Shown piece after piece: positions 38,862 to 51,598 of a stretch of DNA of 64,000 bases. A program made the translations under genes and the position numbers. Source of the DNA: Sphyrna mokarran. Taxonomy: Eukaryota. Under the pieces are notes generated by a model. That model ran no database searches, was not told where the DNA came from, and saw only the letters and a program-made list of their open reading frames with translations. The first letter of the stretch is position 1, and every line of letters starts with the position of its first letter. Where the stretch lies: NCBI GenBank assembly GCA_024679065.1, contig JAGIQG010000008.1:14510001-14574000 (forward strand), given 5' to 3'.

Positions 38862-39272
38862 AGGATAGGTTGAGAGAGCTCGGTCTTTGGAGAGACGAAG
38901 GATGAGAGGTGACTTGATAGAGGTGTGTAAGATGTTGAGAGGTATTGATCGGGTGAATTCTCAGAGGCTTTTTCCCAGGGTTGAAATGGCTGCCATAAGA
39001 GAACACTGGTTTAGGGTGCTGGCGAGCAGGTACAGAGGAGATGTCAAATGTAAGTTTTTCACTTAGAGGGTAATGGGTGTGTGGAATCGGCTGCCGACGG
39101 TTATGGTGGAGGCAGATTTGATAGGGTCTTTTAACAGATTTCTGGATGAGTACATGGGACTTAATAGGATTGAGGAGTATAGATAAGCCTAGTAGATAGA
39201 GATATGTTCGGTGCAGCTTGTGGGCAAAGGACCTGTTTGTGGTGTAGTTTTTCTATGTTCTATGTTCTATAT
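38862..39272 (+). mobile_element. CR1 3' fragment
   Basis: RRRMRGDLIEV..FFT.RV..WN remnants with (GTTCTAT)n tail. A sister copy lies at 45745-46140. Confidence 0.85.
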
Positions 39273-41273
39273 GGGCTGTGTCTTCCCATCTCTGAATTAA
39301 CGCATTTTCAAACTGGGAGCATGGAAATATATCAGAAGATGGTGCAATGCCCTTCCTCACATCCACTGTCTCAGCCCAACCTGCTGAAACATTGTCACTA
39401 AGTTGAGAAGCAGAGGTTTGTTGGCAGAGAAAGTAATAAAATCAAACCTTCAAAAATGCAGTAAGAGAGATCAGCGACATGGAAATCAATATTACACTGG
39501 CAACAATTTATACATCTTTTCACTAAGAACGTGTTTGTATTTTGCCTTCTTGATTGGAAAACTGTGTTTTAAAGAAAGAATCAATTTAAATTGTGGCTGG
39601 GGGCCTGAAATGATTTGCTAGAGTGTAAGGATGTTAAAGGAACTACATTACCATGACATATGAGCCACACAATCCAATTACCCCCAGCAAAGGGTGCAGT
39701 ATAGGCACTCCCCCTGATGTATAACATTATGAGAAGGCAGAGTTCACACAGAGTAGGACAAGGGTGATGGAGGAGGAAGAGCAGGAGGATGGCTATCTCT
39801 GTCCAGCATGTTCAAGGACTAACTCCCTTACATGAATCTCAATAAGAAACAATGGCACTCCCGGTGCTGAGTTAGGGGGTGGGGAGCATTTAATCAGATA
39901 GAATGGTGGGTGGGGGATGCCACAACCATCCCACCTCCATTCGGATTAAGTCCATGGCAGGAAGACTCATGGGTGATCTTCTCACCTCACTGCCAATTAC
40001 AGCCCTTATGGAGGAAATTAATACCCACCTAAGGCTCCCATCCTGATATTACTGGTAATAACCCAGCTTTGGGAGGGCTTCACCATTGTGGGGGAGGGGG
40101 AGCAAAACAAACAAATCTTAGAGGGAACCAGCATTGGGAAGTGGATAGTTCACTGACAGCCATCCCTTGTCTTTTCACCAACCCATTCTGCTCCCCCCCC
40201 ATAACCCCTCTTCTCAAACTCTCACCCTCCTTTGCTTACTGGTATACCTCAGTCTATCCATGACCCCAGGCTGTTGGGTGTTATACCAACAGCAGCCACC
40301 ACTATCCTTTGGCACTACCCTCCAATAGAGCTGCTGGTCTCTAATTGGCCATAAACTTTGGGTGGCCAAAATGTCCGCTGCCGGATCCTTAATTCCAAGG
40401 AAGGCCCACCCTCGGCCTATCCAGTACCTGAATGGCACTCGATGTTGTAGCCCTTTCCCAAAAGTGATCCCAGTCACCTCAGTTAAATCCAGCACAATAC
40501 GTGAGATAGCTGCGCTTGAGTGAGGATAATCTCATTGAACTCTACCTCTGGTGGAGCTGTGACGGTGATCTCAGGGCTCTTTCCTTTTTGACAGGAGCTG
40601 GAGATAATTGTAACCTCTCACCATTTGCTCTTTATTGTTGCCGAAGAGAGCTCAGAGATTCTCTGTTCAAACTCAGCTAATTGTCTCTAGCGAGGGACAA
40701 GCAAGCTCACAGCTTCATTAGGATTGCAGTCCTCCTCGTTGTGCAGAGTGCCCTTGCCTGCACGTAGGTCATTGTGTAGACACTGGATGTCTACTCTGTT
40801 CTATATTGGAACTGGTAGGATATGGCATTTGCAGATGGATCCACTGACTTTGTCCACTTGTGAGGGATCACTGCATGTCACGTGGCACTACGTTCAGGCT
40901 CCAGAACCTGGCTCCTCGCTTTGATCTCCACAGCTATCCCCATGCACTGCTTTCCTGTCTTGAGCGCCTTTGCCCCCTGTGGATGCAGGACCTCTCACTC
41001 ACTTCCACCTCCTCCCACTAGGGCCTCCAGTGTACGTTTCACAAACCTTGGAGTTCAACCACTCTCATGTTGTATCATTCTTCACTGTTTCCAAGGCATA
41101 AATTTTCTTTGAAACATACGAGCGGGAGGAGTAGGTTATTTGGTCCTTGAGCCTGCTCTGCCATTCGATTAGATAATGGCTGATCTCAGCGTGGTCTCAA
41201 GCCTACTTTCCTGTTTGCCCTGCATAATCTTTGATTCCTTGTCTATCAACAACCTATCCATTTCTGCCTTGCT

Positions 41274-41597
41274 GGGCATGTTAGTTAGCACAGCTGTCTC
41301 ACAGCACCAGGGAGCTGGGTTCATTTCTGGATCTTGAGTGACTATGTGTGTGGAGTTTGCACATTCTTCCTATATCTGCATAGATTTTCTTTGAGTCCTC
41401 CGATTTCCTCCCACAGTCCAGAGTTGTGCAGATTAGGTCCCTTAGTGTCTCAAGGTATTTAGGTTAGATGGTTAGACATTGGAAATGTGTGGGATTACAG
41501 GGATAGGGAGGGAAGAAGGCCTGGGATGAGATACTCAGAGATGGTGCAGACTTGGTGGGCTGGATGGCCTCTTCTGCACTGCAGAGATTCTATGATT
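41274..41597 (+). mobile_element. V-SINE, CR1-type tail
   Basis: Head, V-domain and tail. Inserted in an old CR1 3' end. Confidence 0.85.
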
Positions 41598-41954
41598 GAA
41601 TAAATTCAATGATGTAGCCTCTGCTGCTTTCTGAGGAAAAAGATTACGATCTACCCTCTGAAAGAAAAAAAATATTTTCATGCCAGTCTTAAAAGTAAGA
41701 CCTTTCAGAACCTGCTTTAGCCACTGTGCACCTTCCCCTTAAGCAGTGCAAACTACCTTTAACTGATCCTGAAAAATCAAGCATAGTGATGCCATATTTG
41801 CTGATTACAAAAAACACAGCGGAACATGCTGGCAGTACTGAGTTATTCTGTGATTTGATTTACCTTCCTTAAAGAGTTCTCTGAAACTAAGTGGCTGATT
41901 GATTTCGAGTTGATAAATTCAGGTTCAATAATCACAGAAATCGTAGAAATCACT

Positions 41955-42257
41955 GAATCCCTATAGTGCAGAAGGAGGCCATTTGGCCTATCGAGTCAGC
42001 ACTGGGACTGGCCTATTCCCGTAACCCCACTTATTTATCCTGCTAATCCCTCTGACACTAGGATCAATTTAGCATGGTCAATCAACCTAATCCTCCCACA
42101 CATTTTTGGACTGTGGAAGGAAACTGGAGCACCTGGAGAAAACCCATGCAGACATGGGGAGAATGTGCAAACTCCACACAGGTAGTGACCTGAGGCTGGA
42201 ATTAAGCCCTGGTTCTGTGAGACACCAGTGCTAACTACTATGCCACTGTGCTGCCCT
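41955..42257 (-). mobile_element. V-SINE, CR1-type tail
   Basis: Reverse-complement head and V-domain. Confidence 0.9.
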
Positions 42258-43200
42258 AAATATACCTAGAATTCGGATCAAATTTATGATTGAGACTTAA
42301 ATGGAGATTAATGTAATTTTCTGTTCAATCTGAATATGAATATAAATGATATTTACTCATAACTAGTTGCTTATGTCAAGTATAATATTTGTAGCATTGT
42401 GTTTTTTTATGTTACTGATATGAGAAAATATTTTAAATTGCATTATCCTGTTAGTCGTTTCAAAGGTCCCCAGTTACCTAGTCTTTGAAGTAAATGTATC
42501 ACACTTATTATGACCATGTGAAGAGGTGTAAACATTATCTCCCCTAATTTACTCTCTGTAACAGGGAGTAAGGATTTCAAAGGATGAAGGAAATTTCTCC
42601 AAGTCTGAGTTTAACCATTTATACGTTGATTGCAAAGGAACGAGTCTGGCAGCCTTTCTTGGCCTTTTTAAGACAAAAGAGGGTTTGTTTTAATCGAATT
42701 TAAAAACCATGCAGGTGGAGAAAGCAAAATGTTTAAAAAGGTAAATCTGTGCTTCTTGAAATTTCACCACGCCATGCAAAATTTCCAACTTTTACTGGCG
42801 GTAACTGGATTCTTGGCTAGATTAAAAGCCAATGATGAATGGTAAGAGAATTTATGGCTTCTAATCCTTACACTGCTATGGAATCTTTTTCATGTTCCTC
42901 TAAATTCCAGGGGCTAGTTGAAGTCCATGTAATTGTTGGTGACAGTTTCTTTCTCAATCCATAATCTGTCTTTTCCAGAAATCAATGAGTTTTGCTCCTG
43001 ATTTTCCTTTTGATAGAAGCTCACCATCTCTGTGCTGGATTTTTAAACTGTAAAAGATGGGGTCTTAACTTGGAGAAGAAGTTAAGGGTGTGCCTTACTT
43101 TTCCATCTGCTTTTTCTGACTATTACTTTACTTCTATGTTTAGAAAATATATAATATTTTCTAAACATAGAAAATATTATATATTTATTTATAAATATAT

Positions 43201-43492
43201 AAAGCTAGCACGAGGGGACACAGCTTTAAATTAAGGGGTATGAGTTATAGGACGGATATCAGAGGTAGGTTCTTTACTCAAAGAGTGATTAGGGAGTGGA
43301 ATGCCCTGCCTGCAGCTGTTGTAGATGCGCCAAGTTTGGTGGCGTTTAAGAGGTTAATTGATAAGTATATGGAAGAGAAGGGAATGGTTTAGTTTGGAGG
43401 GGCATTGCTTTTTATTTTGGTCGGCACAACATCGAAGGCCGAAGGGCCTGTTCTGTGCTGTAATGTTCTATGTTCTATGTTCTATGTTCTAT
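43201..43492 (+). mobile_element. Young CR1 3' fragment, same subfamily as 30480-32032
   Basis: Near-identical AGCTAGCACGAGGGGACACAGCTTTAAATTAAGGGG, (GTTCTAT)4 tail, and TATAAAG on both sides. Confidence 0.9.
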
Positions 43493-43867
43493 AAAGGGAA
43501 TTCAAAGATGGTGATTAATCATGTGGCCTCCTTTCCTCGCAATGATGTCAGAAAGAGTTTGCTTATTGGATCTCTGAATCTGGCTTTTTCTCCATGCTTA
43601 TAATATCCCAATTGTTTGCTTCTGAAGCAGTAATTATCCATTTTGATGACCCCGCCCTTCCAAGTAACTATAGTCCTGGTAGACTTGTAGGGTGGGATTT
43701 TGGCCTAGCTCGTCCCGAAACTGTAAAATCATGCCCAAGGTCACTGGATCTTTCCGTGTTCTGCCCTCGCCCGCTCCAATTCCCATAGCGAGTGGGGCGG
43801 TAAAATTCGAGCTGCAGGCTCTGATGGAGAGATAGTCTTATAAAGATACAGTGTTCCATTCATTATC

Positions 43868-44212
43868 CTTTCATGGGCTGTGAAAATCATTGGCAAATTC
43901 AACATTTGTTGCCCATCCATAATTGCCTTTGAACTGAATGATTTGTCAGCTCATTTCAGAGTCAGTCAGACTTCTGTATGTCTGCAGTCATAAATATAGG
44001 CCAGACCAGTAAGAACGGCAGATTTCCTTCCCTAAAATACATTAGGGAATCAAATGGGATTTTACAACAATGAATCAATGTCATAGTAGCCATCACTGAG
44101 CTTATCTTTATATTATACCAGCTACCATGGTGGGTTTGGAACCCATGTTCCCAGAGCATTATCCTGGCTTTTGGATTACTGGTGTAGTGATAATTCCACT
44201 ATGCCACCATTA
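43868..44212 (-). mobile_element. SINE family B, diverged
   Basis: GGCAGATTTCCTTCCCTAAA core and a reverse-complement tRNA-like head. Confidence 0.75.
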
Positions 44213-44281
44213 CCCACTTTCAATAGTTCATTTCTTGAAGTAGACTTTGACACCCTCAGGCATGAAATTCAATATGCAACA

Positions 44282-44595
44282 TGGCTGCATGGTGACACAG
44301 TGGTTAGCACTGCTGCCTCACAGTGCCAGGGACCCGACTTCAATTCCCAACTTGGATCACTGTCTGTGTGGAGATTGCACGTTCTCCGCATCTCTGCATG
44401 GGTTTCCTTCAGTGCTCCGGTTTCCTCTCACAATCCAAAGATGTGCAGATTAGGTTGATTGGCCATGGTAAAATGCCCTTTAGTGTCAGGGTGACTGACA
44501 GGGTAAATACACAGGGATAGGTATAGGTGGGATTGCGGTCGGTGCAGACTTGATGGACTGAATGGCGTCCTTCTGCAGTGTAGGGATTCTATGAT
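44282..44595 (+). mobile_element. V-SINE, CR1-type tail
   Basis: Head, V-domain and tail. Confidence 0.9.
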
Positions 44596-45376
44596 GAAAT
44601 GTCATTCAAACTGGAAATGTTGGTTCAATTCTTTCTTCACACATGCTGTCAGAAGTGCTGAGATTTTCCAGCATTTTCTGTTTCTGTTTTATGTCAGGGC
44701 ATGTCTGAAGTCAATCCATATAGAAACTTCTGACAAAAGTGGTTAACTTACACAGCCTGCAACTGCAGCAGCTATCTTTGATCAGTGTATTCTCTTGTCT
44801 TAGGAAAGTCCTCTTTGAACAGTTCAATATAAGTTTTTGGTCAGCTAACGAAATTGCAGGGTTGATAATCACATATGTCATGACGACAGTACACCAAGCG
44901 TCAAAATGACTGCCCGAGTGAGCATTGACGAGATTAGTTATTGTTCAGGCACTTGCAGCCATTGTGTATGCTGCCCTAGTACTTTTCAGGGAGCCAGAGA
45001 GGTTGCATTTTTCAGGTGATGGTAACAATACAGGACAGTGCTTTTCCCAGTGATTTTTTCACTTAGCCAACAATAACTTGTGCCCCAATTAACGCCCATT
45101 GCATTCGGCTAGCACTAAACGAAACAAAGCAATTGTGAGCAAAGTGCGGTTAGAGCACTATGAGGAGGCCAGCGTGGGAGGGTTTGACCTGTTACAGGAT
45201 TTTGAACCATTAACTTCTTCCAATAGAGCAAAATAAATTACGGTAATTTAGCAGATTTTTCATTGGCACTGCCAGCTTTTAAAAAAGAAATTCTTAGCCT
45301 GCAATTGAAAGTTTGGAAAAATAACATAATTGTGGCTTATTTCTGGTTCACGTTTCTCCCCCCTTGTACTCTACAG

Positions 45377-45527
45377 ATACTTCAAGAAGTCTAAAAGCTT
45401 CTCCATCCGCTGTCGAACACATTTCTCAGAAGTTGAGACACACACGGGAGTTTACTGTTCTGATTACGCTGAAGCAGGCCCACTATAATTCAGGAGTCTT
45501 CTTGTCGATCCATCACTCAGACAAGAG
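45377..45527 (+). CDS. NELL2: NELL2-like coding exon 3 (DTSRSLKAS...EFTVLITLKQAHYNSGVFLSIHHSDKR)
   Basis: Acceptor CTACAG|, donor AG|GTCAGT, 151 nt. Frame-consistent, with the TSP-N motif EFT.L.TLKQ.H.NSGV..SIHH. Confidence 0.97.
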
Positions 45528-45744
45528 GTCAGTGATATCCCACTTTTATTTCACACAAAGGCTGTTGGTTCTGCCTGTACAGTAAAAATCGGGGCAAAAT
45601 TCATTCTCAGCTGCAGTTTAGTTTCCTATGAAAACAGCATGAGGAAAGAAATGCAGAATGTCTTTTCCCACCTTGGCGCAGAGTCAGGCAATTTTTCCCA
45701 CTTTGTTGATCAGAAGAGAGCCCATGCACGCCGCAGTAACAAGA

Positions 45745-46140
45745 TAGATTGAGCGAGAGCTCAATCTTTTCTCCTTTGAAGACGAAGGATGAGAGGGGAC
45801 CTGATAGAGGTGTATAAGATGTTGAGAGGTATTGATCAGATGGACTCTAGAGGTTGCTCCCCAGGGCAGAAATGGCTGCCACAGAGGACACAGGTTTAAG
45901 GTGCTGAGGAGTAGGTACAGAGGAGATATTAGGGGTAAGTTTTTCACTCAAAGGGTGGTGGGTGAGTGGAATCGGCTGCCGTCAGTAGTGGTGGAGGCAA
46001 ATTCGATAGGGCCTTTTAAGAGACTTCTGGATGAGTACATGGGTCTTAATGGGATTAAGGGTTATAAGCAAGAGATAAAATCGGCGCAACTTGTGGGCCG
46101 AAGGGCCTGTTTGTGCTGTAGTTTTTCTATGGTTCTATAA
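45745..46140 (+). mobile_element. CR1 3' fragment
   Basis: RGHRFKV..RGKFFTQRVVGEWNRLP. Confidence 0.88.
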
Positions 46141-46542
46141 GACATCAGCTGATTTCAGTGTTTTGAGGAAAACAAGAGTCTGTCAATGATGGCACTCAGA
46201 TTCAGGGAAAACATGTTCAAAGCTTCAAAGCCCTACACCGCAGTTTGTTTTCCTCAAGTTTCCACTGTACTTTTAGCTTCCAATTTTTCTTCTACCTTGA
46301 AGATAGGTTGTCAAGATGCTAATGCATAATTCACAAGCATTGTTAGTCCTGTAGCATCTGACCCAGGTGGCCATTCTTCACATGTCAAATAGAGCAGTGA
46401 GCATTGACAAGCTGTCTGACCATGGGGGCAAAATTCTATCTCACTCAACATTCAGGGTATACATTAAAAGGGAGGAAATTCTGGCTGTGTATTTGCAGTC
46501 TTCCCAATCTGTGGAATATTGCAGCTAACTATAATATATCCG

Positions 46543-46862
46543 AGGGCATCACATTGGCACAATGGTTAGCACTGCTACCTCACAATGCCAGGGACCTGGG
46601 TTCGATTTCCGGCTCGGGTCGCTGTTTATGCGGAGCTTACACATTCTCTCTGTGTCTGCGTGGGTTTCCTCTGGGTGTTGCGGTTTCCTCCCACACTCCA
46701 AAAGATGTGTGAGTTAGGTGCATTGGCCATGCTAAATTGCCCCTTAGTATTAGGGGGACTAGCATAAGGTAAATGCATAGGGTTATGGGGACAGGGCCGG
46801 CATGGGATTGTGACAGACTCGATGGGCCGAATGGTTTCACCTGCACTGTAGGACTCTATGAT
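46543..46862 (+). mobile_element. V-SINE, CR1-type tail
   Basis: Head, V-domain and tail. Confidence 0.9.
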
Positions 46863-47719
46863 TGTGGAACTGAGACTGGGAAATACGCTTGACATCATGA
46901 TGCTAATTAAATATGTATATATATATATATATATATTTATTCAACGGTAAAGGATAAGAGTTCACGGTCACTTTTGTTTCCCAGGCTGGTAATCATGAAT
47001 ATTTAATCAATTGCCCCAAGCCTATTTATGTGACATTACTTTTGTACATGTTAATATCTCATTAATTCAATGACATAAAGTTTTACATGGCTACTTGCTA
47101 GTGCATTTATGTTGCAATGATGGTGGCATAATCTGATGGTGTGAATGCATAAAGGAGTCCCTGTGTGATATAAATGAAAACTGATGTCAATGTTCTTGTA
47201 TGACATTACATCAAAAAAAAATCACAAGGACACACATCAGAATTTGTTCTGATGTTAATATATTGGAGGATATATTAGGTGGATTAGGCTAACTAGTCAG
47301 TCAGTTGTTCATCCCTTGCCTCTTACTGTAAAAACACATCAAATATTTTTACCAGAGATGTCACCCTGAAGTATGTGGGGTTTTAGCTGTGGATAGAAAC
47401 TTCTCAGATCTGTCTCTTTAAATGACCTGTAAAATATACATTAAAACAAAGCCAATACACAACAGTGAACACTACAGAAACCAGTAATAAATTTCAAGCA
47501 TAAATTCGTCCCCCGTCCTCCATTTGAGTTTTATGAGCTCCTTTAACCTTCCTTATCCCATCTCAACAATTTTCTCATGACTTTCTAAGCTATTCAGAAA
47601 ATGGGAACTGTTGTTTCACTAGTTCTTAGAATCCCTTTTTTCAAACTCAGTAATTTTACCTTCTTTCAGACCAGTAAGATTGTCTGTTAGTGACTTTAAG
47701 CATTTTATGTGCAAGATCA

Positions 47720-48062
47720 ATCATAGAACCCTACAGTGCAGAAAGAGGCCCTTTGGCCCATTGAGTCTGCACCAACCACAATCCTAGCCAGGCTCTACTC
47801 CCATATCCCTACATATTATACCCACTAATCCCTCTAATCTGCGCATTCCTGTATACTAAGGGGCAATTTCTTAGCATGGCCAATCAACCTAACCCACACA
47901 TCTTTGGACTGTGGGAGGAAACCCCCGAGTGCCCAGAGGAAACCCACACAGACATGAGGAGAATGTGCAAACTCCACACAGACAATGACCCGAGCCAGGA
48001 ATCGAACCCAGGACCCTCGAGCTGTGAAGTAGCAGTGCTAACCACTGTGCTACCATGCCGTC
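47720..48062 (-). mobile_element. V-SINE, CR1-type tail
   Basis: Reverse-complement head and V-domain. Confidence 0.9.
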
Positions 48063-48589
48063 CAGATATTGCCAAGCAAGTTATTAAAGGATATGAACAC
48101 GTTTTAAACAACACAATCAAATATGATTTAATTTCCTCTCAAAACCTTTGTTCAGTCCCCAGATACTTTTGCAACAGATCCTGTGCATTTCTTCAAATAT
48201 CCAATAATGGCCCAAAAAGTATAATTCCATTATTTAAAACAATTATGGTTCATGCTAATTTTGTTAAAGTTTAACATTAAATAATGACATTTCCCTAATC
48301 TTGGATTACAAAGATAATCTGCTTGAAGTTTGGAATAGTTGTAATGGAAATCCATATCAACACATATAATTCCAGGGTTGCCAGTTCAAAGTTAGTGCAC
48401 CTTTAGTGGTAGTCACTGTCGGTGCAGACCTGATGGGCTGAAGGGCCTTTTCTGCACTGTATAAGTGGCAAAAACTAAGGCTAAAGAATGGAGAACACAC
48501 AAAAAATTGAATTCAATTCTTTGCAGTTCAATTCCTGGTACAAAAATGTGAAATCTCTAAAATGGATTGGTTGAAATAATAAGGCAAAT

Positions 48590-48932
48590 CTGGGAATGAT
48601 TACAATGGGAACAGTAGATACCTAGGATTGATTACATAGACAGTATTGGCTACCTGTGAGTGATTGTATGGAAAATAATGGAAATCGAAAAACCATTACA
48701 TAGAGAATAATGAATATCTAGGATCGATCTCATGGAGAGTAATGGATGCCTTGACTCACTTACATATACAATAATGAATGCCTGGAATTGATTGCATACA
48801 GAATAATGGATACCTTGCAGACATTATTACATATAAAATAATGGAAATCCGAGAGTGATTACCTGGAGTATAATGGAAGTTCGAGAGTGATTAGAGAGGG
48901 GATAATGGATATAAAAAATTGATTTCACAGAG
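48590..48932. repeat. Degenerate tandem repeat of about 31-32 bp, about 10 copies (GATTACATAGAGAATAATGGATACCTAGGATT)
   Basis: Periodic GATTAC and TAATGGA motifs. Confidence 0.8.
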
Positions 48933-50159
48933 GAAGGAAGAAACCTGGCTGTCATTGCTTCAGGGTAGAAATTGCACTATGCAGAAAATGGGGGAAATGC
49001 TTCTTTTCCCCTGTAGTTAACGACCTACTCATTTCAATTTCAGAAATCACACATTTCAAAGCCTCATCTTTCTGCAATTTCACTGGTAGGCTTTTAATTA
49101 TGGAGAAGAGAACAGACAAGCTCCGATTTTTTCACTGGAAGAGAAGTTTTACCCAGTTTAAGATTAAAGGTTACCTGGGTATAATTGCACTGATAGAGCC
49201 TATGGTGACTTCCATAATAAATCATTTGATGGTTTGTTACTCATCTGGGATTAAGTCGCTGCCTTGTAATCACTCTATGTGTCAATTATATTTAAAATGA
49301 ATGCTCTACGGGGGAAGGGTTACTCAGCGGAGTGTGTTCTGTTCTATGTTTCACACCGGATATTTAATGATCTCACTACAAGCAGGTTATTGAGAATAGA
49401 TCTGTGGTTCATTAAGGAAATTTTAGGAACTGTATCCTCAGATTGTGATATTTGGTATGAGCCGTAAATTAACATGGAACCTTTTGAAAATATGAATAGT
49501 GCACTGTAGCTTCAGCCTCCAATCTTAATCTCTTTAATATATATGTGTGGGATAGATGGAAGGAATAGTCTGGGTGATAGTGCGATTTATAACTGATTCA
49601 TCCCCTATGTATTATAGGGAAGACAAGGTGCAGCCTGGGGTCAAGCACACTTCGTGACTTTTATGTTTCTCCTGCCACAGTACATTGTTTGTTATGTTAG
49701 ATTTTGCGTTACTGGGAATAATCTCAAAGGATTCACCAGATGATATTTCTGCTGGTGGAAATCCCAGAGTATAGAACCTGTTGTCTCGGCTAGCTGTGCA
49801 ATGTTTTTCCACGACAACATTTTTGTTACCAGAGATTAAGCTGGTTACAGATGCACTGTGCAAAGCATTTTTTCCAGATGTATCACAGCTTGCTATGGCT
49901 CCTGCTCTGTCAAAACCCCAAAAAATGACAAAGAGTTGTTAATGTAGCCCAGCCCAGCATGCAAAACCAGCCTGCTGAAAGTTATAGGAATAGGGCCTGC
50001 AAGGAATTGTCATTGGTTCAGGCTCAATGGGCTGAATGGCCTCCTTCTGCACTGTCAGAATTCTATGATTTTAATGCCAAAACCTCACCATTGGCTTCAC
50101 CTTAATATTTTTAATCTTCTATCTGAAATATTAATGTACACAATTGTTATGTTGGGATA

Positions 50160-51088
50160 GAATTGAATTGAATTGATTTATTATTGTCACGTGTATTGGG
50201 ATGCAGTGAAAAGTATTGTCTCCTGCAAATCATTCAGACAAAGCATTCATAGAGTACATAGAGGAGAAAGAAAGGATAGGATACGGAATATAGTGTTGTA
50301 GTTATTGATGAAGAGAAAGATCAACTTAATATGGGGTTGTTTCATTCAAAATTCTGATAATAGTAGGAAAGAAGCTGTTCTTGAGTCCATTGGTATGTAC
50401 TTTTAAACCTTTGTACCTTTTTTTCTATGGAAGAAGATGGAACAGAGTATATCCCAGTGATTCCCTGCTCTGCCTTTCATGCCCCATAGACTTTAAACAA
50501 CTCTCCATCCCTCATTAGAGGATTTTCACAATAACTTCATTGCAATGTTAATGTAAGCCTACTTGTGACACTAATAAATAAACTTTAAACTTTAAAATCT
50601 TCTATGTCAACTACCCTCTGCTCATTGATCTATGTTGACTCTTTGTCAGTAAAATGAAGGATTATGCTGGCTGCTTTTCCGAGACAACGGGAAGTGTAGA
50701 CAGAGTCAATGATAGAGAGGCTGGTTTGCATGATGGACTGGGCTTTGTTCATGACTCCTTGTAGCTTCTTGTGGTCTTGGGCAGAGCAGGAGTTATACCA
50801 AGTTGTGATACAACCAGAAAGAATACTTTCTATGGTGCATCTATAAAAACTGTCGAGAGTCATGAGGGACATGCTAAATTTCCTTAGCCCTCTGAGAAAG
50901 TAAAGACATTAATGGGCTTTCTTAACAATAGTATTGACGTTGAAGGACAAGAATACGTTGTTGATGATCTGGACACCTAGAAACTTGAACTGTTGACCAT
51001 TTAACTTCATCTCCATTGATGGAGACAGGGGCATGTCCTCTAATACACTTCCTGAAGTCGATGACTATCTCCTTCATTTTACTGACAA
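50160..51088 (-). mobile_element. Rex1/Babar-like LINE 3' portion, interrupted at 50451-50661
   Basis: Minus ORF FYRCTIESILSGCITTWY..KKLQ..AQSI and the 3' UTR tail. Confidence 0.85.
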
Positions 51089-51598
51089 AGAGTCAACATA
51101 GATCAATGAGTACAGAGGGTAGTTGACATGCAGGGATTTAAAGTTTAAAGTTTATTTAATAGTGTCACAAGTAGATTTATGTTAACACTGCAATGAAGTT
51201 ACTGTGAAAATACTCTAATGTGGGATGGAGAGTTGGTTAAAGTCTATGGGGCACAAAAGGCAGATCAAGGTATCACTGGGATGATTGAATTTGTAGCTGA
51301 GATTTTCTCTGACGGATGAGGTGAGATAAGGCATGAGGGATGCATGGTGGCACAGTGATTAGCACCTCAAACACCGCTTTCTCGCATTATTGCTTATTCT
51401 TATGTAGAAATCTACGACTTGGACATCCTCAATGATAAACCCCCCACAAGCTTGGGGATAGAGCATTCCAAAGATTTACCATTCTCTGCATGATGGCCTA
51501 CTTATTATTCAAAAATTGCGGCCCATGATCCAGATCAACCCTCTCAGATCCCCCACCTCCCTTCCCGTGTCCACCCTGCTGGACCCTGTAAGAATTTT

